From Prasinococcaceae sp. CCMP 1430 (lineage: Eukaryota > Plantae > Prasinodermophyta), in contig RQSC01000026.1 of assembly GCA_013416795.1 (NCBI GenBank), positions 438,941-502,940 on the forward strand: 64,000 nt of DNA, read 5' to 3'. A model generated the notes under the pieces. That model made no database searches. It was given only the letters and a program-made list of their open reading frames with translations, and was not told the DNA's origin. A program made the position numbers and the translations under genes. Of this stretch, positions 58,402 to 64,000 are shown piece after piece (positions within the stretch are counted from its first letter, which is position 1; every line of letters starts with the position of its first letter).

Positions 58402-60183
58402 CTACGGCAGCGGGGGGGTCGCGCCTGCCGACGCGTCCAGCAGGGCATGCGCGGCGACACGCACCGCCCGGTGCAGCGCAGCGCCTGTCGCGCGACGCGA
58501 TTGTGCGGCCACCCGCACCACGACGTCGTCCACAAAGCTGCCAAAGGCTCCGTATGCTGCATGGGCGTCGCCTACCGCCCCCTCCCCGGCCCGGCCGGCC
58601 GTCGCCCGCCCGCCGTCCGCGTCCGGGAGAACGACGTCGACCTCGGCGTGGCAGAGCACCCCGGCGCGCTCCAGCAGCCGCCGCAGGCGCAGGGTGCTCA
58701 GAGCATAGCGGGTGCGGCCGCCTGCGGGCGCTGCCTCCAGCACCGCGCACATGCACGCGTACAGCGTGTCCAGCAGCTCGAAGGGGCGGGAGCCCGGGGC
58801 GGCCGCGGCCGCGCGTGCCGCCGGCCCTCCCTCGCCGTCGGGCCCCGCCGCGGGTGCCCGGCCCGGCGTCAGCACCGGCACGAACGCCCGGCCTCCGTGC
58901 TCACCGCCGAGGGCCTCGAGTCCGCGCCGCTCGCGCCGCACGATCTCCAGCGCGCCGCTGAGGACGCGACGCTTCACGAGCATGTCCACCGGCGAGGGCA
59001 GGTGGTAATGCAGCTTCGTGAGCATCTCCTTGCAGCGGCAGGGCCTGGTTCCGCCGGGGGGGATCCCCTCGACGCCCTCCGCGAGGGGTACGACGGCGTC
59101 GACGGCCAGCGACGGGTGCGCGTTGAGTTCCAACAGCCACGGCTTGAGGCGCGAGTCCAGAAGGACGTCCATGCCGAGCACCTGGAAGCAGCTATCGACG
59201 TCTGTCGAATGGGGCCACGGAGCGAGCAGCTCCGCCGCCGCGATGGAGTGACAGGTCGCGCCCGCGACGGCGCTCGCAAGCTCGGCGATCTCATGGAAGA
59301 CCCGCTCTGCGCCCCCGGCGCTGCCGGCGACCAGCTCGAGCACCGACGACAGCGAGCGCTTGGACCCCTCATCCGCACCCTCGGCGAGCTCGAAGCCCCC
59401 AGCAGACTTGTTGAGCGAATAGTTGGTGAGATGCGCGCACAGCCGGGGCGCGGCCTCCTCGCGCGGAGGGGCGTACTCGCTGGCGCACACCCGCACGAGC
59501 CCCTCGCGGCACAGGTAGGCCCGCACGCAATCCGGCGCGCGGAGGTCACCCGGCGGGCGAGTGAGCAGCACGTAGAGGCGCAGGTCGAACTTTTTCCCTT
59601 CCAGGAGGGCTGGATCGGCGACGTACCTCTGCACGACGTGCGCGCCGGCGCCGGCGCCGGTCTTGCTTTTCTCGCGCGCCGTCGTCCCGCGCAGCACGCG
59701 CTCCCAGTCATTGGACAGGAAGATGCCATCGCCGTGCGCGCCGGCGTCGGGCTTGACGATCCAGAACGCATCGCCGCTTTCTCGCATCGCCTCCCGCAGC
59801 TGCATCGCCTGGGCTGGCAGCACGTAGCTCTCCGGCCAGCAGCGATCGATGGCCGAACCCGCGCAGAGCGCCCTCGCGCGGGCGAGCGCCGCGTTGGTGG
59901 CCGCCTTGGCGCAGGCCGCGTGCGCGCCCGCCATGCGGCTCACGGCCACGCCCGCCTTCCGCCTCGCCGGATCGGCGAGCACGTCGCACGCCTGCGCGTC
60001 GCGCGCGAGCCAGTGGAGTTCCGCGGACGACGCCTCGCGTCCGGCGCGGCGCGCCTCCCATCCCAACACCTCGCACGCGGCGACGAGCGCCCCGGCGCTC
60101 GCGGACTGGGCGCGCCGCAACGACAGGCGAGGCGGCGCACCCCTCTTCTCCTTTCCGGCGGCGGCCCGCCCGCGCTCCGCCAT
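58402..60183 (-). CDS. Tubulin-tyrosine-ligase-like polyglutamylase (TTLL11-like)
   Basis: WIVKPDAGAHGDGIFL, VVQRYV..P.LLEGKKFDLRLYVL, HLTNYSLNK, CFQVLGMDVLLD..LKPWLLELNAHPSL and SPVD..VK. Confidence 0.88.
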   Translation of the reverse strand: MAERGRAAAGKEKRGAPPRLSLRRAQSASAGALVAACEVLGWEARRAGREASSAELHWLARDAQACDVLADPARRKAGVAVSRMAGAHAACAKAATNAALARARALCAGSAIDRCWPESYVLPAQAMQLREAMRESGDAFWIVKPDAGAHGDGIFLSNDWERVLRGTTAREKSKTGAGAGAHVVQRYVADPALLEGKKFDLRLYVLLTRPPGDLRAPDCVRAYLCREGLVRVCASEYAPPREEAAPRLCAHLTNYSLNKSAGGFELAEGADEGSKRSLSSVLELVAGSAGGAERVFHEIAELASAVAGATCHSIAAAELLAPWPHSTDVDSCFQVLGMDVLLDSRLKPWLLELNAHPSLAVDAVVPLAEGVEGIPPGGTRPCRCKEMLTKLHYHLPSPVDMLVKRRVLSGALEIVRRERRGLEALGGEHGGRAFVPVLTPGRAPAAGPDGEGGPAARAAAAAPGSRPFELLDTLYACMCAVLEAAPAGGRTRYALSTLRLRRLLERAGVLCHAEVDVVLPDADGGRATAGRAGEGAVGDAHAAYGAFGSFVDDVVVRVAAQSRRATGAALHRAVRVAAHALLDASAGATPPLP

Positions 60184-60348
60184 CTAGAGCTCGCACACGG
60201 CGGGGTCGTCGTCCGTCCGCGCCTCGGACGTTTCGGCGCCAGCGCGCTCCAGGCCGGCCACTGGCGGGTGGTGCGCGGGGAGCTCCCGGCCGCCGTCGCT
60301 CGACGAGTAGCCCGCCGGGCAGAGTCTGCTGCCCCTCCCGCTGCCCCN

Positions 60349-60540
60349 ACGCCACCGGCTACCACGCGCTGCAGTGGGCCGCGCTCAACAACCGCACAGC
60401 TGTCGTGCAGCTGCTGCTGGACGCGGGCGCGGTGATTGACGCGCGTGACAGCGTGAGCGAGCAGGGTGCGATCCACTGGGCGGCGGTCCGCGGCTCGACG
60501 CAAGCGCTGGACCTGCTACTTTCCTCGGGGGCCTCGCTCT
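60349..60540 (+). CDS. Ankyrin-repeat fragment resembling the N-terminus of TIP1/PAT24-type ankyrin DHHC S-acyltransferase
   Basis: ATGYHALQWAALNNRTAVVQLLLDAGAVIDARD...AIHWAAVRGSTQALDLLLSSGA. No DHHC domain follows. Confidence 0.7.
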
Positions 60541-61827
60541 TGCTCGCGCTTCAACGTCGTCGCGCGGGCGACGCGCGGGCTGAGGACGCTGCACGAGAAG
60601 CTGCAGGGCCCAGGCGCCTCCCCGGCCGCGCCGCCGTTCGGGGGAGAGGGGTCGCGCACGCTCCCCGACGGCTCGCTGCGATTGGGCACGGACCTGCCGC
60701 TGCTCGCGCGGCGCTACCGCTACGTGTCGACCATCTCGGGCGGGACCTCCGCGCAGGTGATCCAGGCGGAAGACACCTACAGCGCCCTCCGGGACCGCGT
60801 GGCGATCAAGATCGTGCGCGCGCAGTACGCGGAGCAGGCCGCGCAGGAGGCGCGCCTGCTGCGGTACCTCGCCGCGCCGCGCCGCGGCGCCGAGGAGCCG
60901 TGCGAGCACGTGGTGAGGCTCCTGGACGCCTTCGCCTTCGAGGGCCACGCGTGCCTCGTGATGGAGCGGCTGTACGGCAGCCTGGCGGACTACGCGCTGC
61001 GGGAGGTCCCGTCGCTGCCCGCCGCAGAGGCGCTCCGCGCCACGAGGAAGATCGGCGCGCAGCTCCTCGCGACGCTCCTGTACCTGCGCAGGCGGGGCGT
61101 CGTGCACGCCGACATCAAGCCGGACAACATCCTGTTCGCCGAGCCGCGCGGGGCGGCCGGCGGCGGCGGCGGCGGCAGCAGCATGCGCCTCAAGCTGGCG
61201 GACTTCGGCAACGCCTTCACGCTCGCGCAGGCGCCCCAGCTCTTCGGCGAGGGCGACCTGCAGACCCTCGACTACCGAGCGCCGGAGGTCGTGCTGGGCT
61301 CGCCGTTCGGCTGCGAGATCGACGCGTGGAGCGCGGGCGTCGCGCTCGCCGAGCTCGCGCTGGGCCGCCCGTGCTTCTCCGCCACCTCGGCGCCGCAGCT
61401 GCTGAGCCAGATCGCGGGCGCGCTGGGCCGCCCGCCGCCGCCCGACGTGTTCGGCTCCGGCGAGCTGTACGCGCGCACGATGCGAGCGGCGGGCCTGTCG
61501 CCCGGCGCGGCGGCCCCTCCTCCCGCGGGCGCCGCGGCCTCCTCGCCGGCGCGCGGAGAGCGGGGCGGCCTGCACTCGTTCGTGTGCAAGAAGGACAGGC
61601 ACCTCGCCGACCTCCTGTCGCAGCTGCTGGGCTACGACCCGGCGGAGCGGCTCCCGCCCGCCAGGGCGCTCTGCCACCCCTTCTTCGCGCCCCTGTTCCC
61701 GTTCGCCGAGCTCGCGCGGGACGTCGCCCGGACGACCGCGGCGGGCGCGCAGGCGCAGCAGCAGAGCGCGAGCATCGCGGGCGCTGCTGCGGGCGGGGGC
61801 GACGGCGACGAGGAAGACAGCGATTGA
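60541..61827 (+). CDS. CMGC/DYRK-like Ser/Thr protein kinase; native start missing
   Basis: VAIKIV, HVVRLLDAF, HADIKPDNIL, LADFG, QTLDYRAPEV, IDAWSAG and LLGYDPAER...ALCHPF. Confidence 0.88.
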   Translation, partial: CSRFNVVARATRGLRTLHEKLQGPGASPAAPPFGGEGSRTLPDGSLRLGTDLPLLARRYRYVSTISGGTSAQVIQAEDTYSALRDRVAIKIVRAQYAEQAAQEARLLRYLAAPRRGAEEPCEHVVRLLDAFAFEGHACLVMERLYGSLADYALREVPSLPAAEALRATRKIGAQLLATLLYLRRRGVVHADIKPDNILFAEPRGAAGGGGGGSSMRLKLADFGNAFTLAQAPQLFGEGDLQTLDYRAPEVVLGSPFGCEIDAWSAGVALAELALGRPCFSATSAPQLLSQIAGALGRPPPPDVFGSGELYARTMRAAGLSPGAAAPPPAGAAASSPARGERGGLHSFVCKKDRHLADLLSQLLGYDPAERLPPARALCHPFFAPLFPFAELARDVARTTAAGAQAQQQSASIAGAAAGGGDGDEEDSD

Positions 61828-62271
61828 GATGGCCACGCGCTTGGCTTGCGCCCCTCAGATAATGTGTACACTGGAATCGCAGCGGCCTGGAGGTTGCGTA
61901 CGCGGGACGCGCACGCGAACCGCCAAACGCACGTACAGGCGGCCCTGCCGGCCGCCTGCGCGCCCCCCCCCCCACCCCCACCCCCCACCCCCCGCGGCGC
62001 TGGCGCGGCGCCTGTGCGGGCGCTGGCGCTGGCGCTGGCGCTGGCGCATGCATGGGTCTTAGCCGCACAGCGCGCACCGTCTGCCGCCAACCGGTCCTTT
62101 TTCCGACGCGTCGGCGGTGCGCGCCGCGCGCATGCGCTCTGTCGCGCGCGCGCGGAATCAAACAGGGGCTGTTTGCGCGCGCGCGCGCGCGCACGCAGGG
62201 TGCAGCGCAAGGCGGCGCCCGCTCCACACCGGCGACAGCACATAGACAGGGGCGGCCGAGCTGACGGCGCC

Positions 62272-62659
62272 ATGGTTGCGGGCGCAGGGCTACGCCGTGG
62301 GCCCGGGCAGGCGGGCGCTCAGGCGGGCGCTCGGCCCGGGCTGGGCGCAAGCACGCCGTTGCTGCTGTTGCTCGCGCTAGGCGTGAGTGTCGCAGCTGCA
62401 GCAGTTGACGCGGTGGCGCCGGTCGGTTCCATGGCAGGCGACGGGAACCTCGGCGCAAGAAAGCTGTTGGGTGTGGGTACCGCCGCCGCAGGCGTAGGTG
62501 CACATGTGGCTACAGGGGATCTGTCGCAGCTGCGCCTCGCGGTGGCGGTGGCCGTCACCTCCGATGGGCCGTACGGTGATGCGCTCGCGGTGTTGCACGA
62601 GTCGGTTCGCGCCGTGTACCCGCGCGCGCTGCGTGGCGACGCTGGGCCGGGCAGCGGCG
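62272..62659 (+). CDS. N-terminus of a secretory/Golgi protein, possibly glycosyltransferase family 8-like; cut by N at 62660
   Basis: A hydrophobic signal/anchor (PLLLLLALGVSVAAAAV) is followed by LAVAVAVTSDGPYGDALAVLHESV, resembling the first strand-helix of GT8 folds. Confidence 0.45.
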
Positions 62660-62660
62660 N

Positions 62661-63118
62661 ACGAACTCCACGTCGGTCGCGCCGCCCAGGCCGAGCGCGG
62701 TGGCGAGCGCGCGGCGCGCGGCGTCGCCCGGCGACTCGCCCGGCGCCGTCCGCGACAGCAGGGCGTGCTCCTCGAAGAGCAGCACCTCCACCGTCCTCGC
62801 GCGCGCGTTCTCCGCCGCCACGTACACGGCAACCGGTCGTTCTTGGGAGGGCGTTGCGACGTCCGACCGGGATCGCTGCAGTCGATGCGGCTGCTCGCGG
62901 TCGTCGAGCGGGTGCAGCCGCGCGAGGGGGGTCGTCGTGGTTGTTGTCGTGCCGCCGCCGCCGCGCGCGGCCGAGGCCACGACGAGCGCCGCGAGCGCGA
63001 GCGCGCCAAGCAGCACGATCGCCTGGTGCGTTTGTGCCAGGCGGCGGCGCGCGAGCCGCTGCGGAGCGGCGCGTCCGACGACGAGGGGGTCGGCGCGCGC
63101 GTGCTGCTGGGGACCCAT
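62661..63118 (-). CDS. Type II membrane protein N-terminus with a degenerate Nudix-like box; cut by N at 62660
   Basis: TM segment AIVLLGALALAALVVASAA, then VEVLLF...PGESPGDAARRALATALGL. Confidence 0.45.
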
Positions 63119-63131
63119 GGACGGACGACTC

Positions 63132-63158
63132 CTTCTTCTTCTTCTTCTTCTTCTTCTT
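63132..63158 (+). repeat. (CTT)n microsatellite
   Basis: About nine cttctt-type units immediately upstream of the 63118 start. Confidence 0.8.
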
Positions 63159-63781
63159 CGGTTGACGAGAGGGAGCGGAGGAGGAGAGCCGCGGGGGGTC
63201 CGGTCGAATGCCTTTCACCCTCCCTCACCCCCACCCTCCCTCCCTCCCTCCCTCCCTCTCGGCGCGCGACGGCGCCGACGCCATCGCGGGGGAGGCGCGC
63301 CGATGCGCGCGCGGTGGCGGTGGCGGTGGCGGGTGTGATGGTGGTGCGATGGGGGTGGGGCCGGGGTGCGCTCCTCCGCTCGCGCAGTGCGTCAGAAAAG
63401 GGGGGCAGGGCGGTGCCTGCGCGATGGCGGCGGTGGCGATGGCGGCGGTAGGCGGGCGGGGGGAGCGCCCGGCCGCTCCCCCGCTCGCGCAGTGTGTGGT
63501 GGTCTGCGCCGCGCGCCGAGGCGGAGCAGCGGCGCGCTGCGCTGGCAGCCCGGCCGACGGATCGCAGCGGCTCCGTTCGGGGCCAGATTTAAGGTTAAGA
63601 TTCGAGGGTCCACAAACGACGAGCTGCGCGCACCTGCTGCGGCCGCCGCCTGCGGAAAAAGCGCACTCGCGCAAATCCGCGGCCGGAATCGCGGGCTGTG
63701 CCATACATAGGGTCTCTGATTTCCTGAAAGTATGGACAAGTCTTACTGTCACGGTGCGATGGGGTTGCGGTTACGTGCGTG

Positions 63782-63790
63782 AAACCCTAA
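63782..63790 (+). promoter_or_regulatory. Telo-box (AAACCCTAA) upstream of an ATG at 63978
   Basis: Exact AAACCCTAA. A second copy lies in reverse at 31033-31041, in another divergent intergenic region. Confidence 0.45.
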
Positions 63791-64000
63791 AAACAGAAAA
63801 GATCGGCAGCGGCGCGCGCGCGGCGGCGGTCCTGATCCTCGCGCCAACTCAGCGCGCTCTGCCTGCGCGCGGCGTCCACACCGCGCTCGCGGCTCGGGCC
63901 CGGACCCACCCCCGCCCTCACCCTCCCGCTTCGTCCCACGGCCTCGAGCGCCCGCCCGCCCACCCCAACGAGACGCGATGGCGCCGCTGCAGCTCGCGGC

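Noticed and set aside
1-60183. Microtubule gene cluster (TBCA, NUF2, GCP6-like, TTLL)
   Set aside because: The genes are spread over 60 kb among unrelated genes and across several assembly joins, which is compatible with chance.
30-64000. Hundreds of long overlapping Arg/Ala/Pro-rich ORFs, including antisense ORFs over 600 aa (e.g. 45629-47812, 58447-60435)
   Set aside because: These are expected shadows of high-GC coding DNA. They have no recognisable motifs, and several read through N joins.
1-64000. CRISPR arrays, tRNA/rRNA genes, transposases, viral genes
   Set aside because: No spaced repeats, cloverleafs, rRNA motifs or integrase/RT/capsid motifs were recognised.

Overview
This is eukaryotic, very GC- and CpG-rich, gene-dense nuclear DNA. 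The plastid-type genes (ABC1K, At4g37920-like, NDPK, trigger factor, Ycf21/DUF98), FEA1-like and SERRATE genes, and short GT(GCG)...CTGAC...GCAG introns point to a green alga, probably prasinophyte-grade; the species cannot be determined from this window. About 30 protein-coding genes or fragments are recognisable: TBCA, an uncharacterised YNPIT/FNIITG-motif protein, NUF2, a NUDT6-like Nudix, an ABC1 kinase, an eIF5B fragment, SERRATE/ARS2, MED7, VPS16, a HRD1-like RING E3, a Ycf21/DUF98 chorismate lyase-like gene, an extracellular Cys-rich protein, a tandem uridine-kinase/CYTH protein, an F-box/WD40, a mitochondrial carrier, At4g37920-like, GCP6-like, LEO1, NDPK, a tandem ALMT/FUSC transporter, FEA1-like, copper amine oxidase, a PAP2 lipid phosphatase, a HECT E3, trigger factor-like, TTLL11-like, an ankyrin (TIP1/PAT-like) fragment, a DYRK-like kinase and two truncated membrane/secretory genes. 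The scaffold is draft quality: five single-N joins (10775, 21986, 46757, 60348, 62660) and a 672-N gap (56722-57393) cut genes, and two N-free junctions (about 9975 and about 60540) fuse unrelated sequence. I saw no rRNA, tRNA, CRISPR or transposase. I found no unambiguous new multi-gene system. The best leads are the nuclear intron-containing Ycf21/chorismate lyase, the ALMT-FEA1-CuAO neighbourhood, the orphan gene fragments and the tandem UK-CYTH protein. All family calls come from motif recognition by eye, not database searches.
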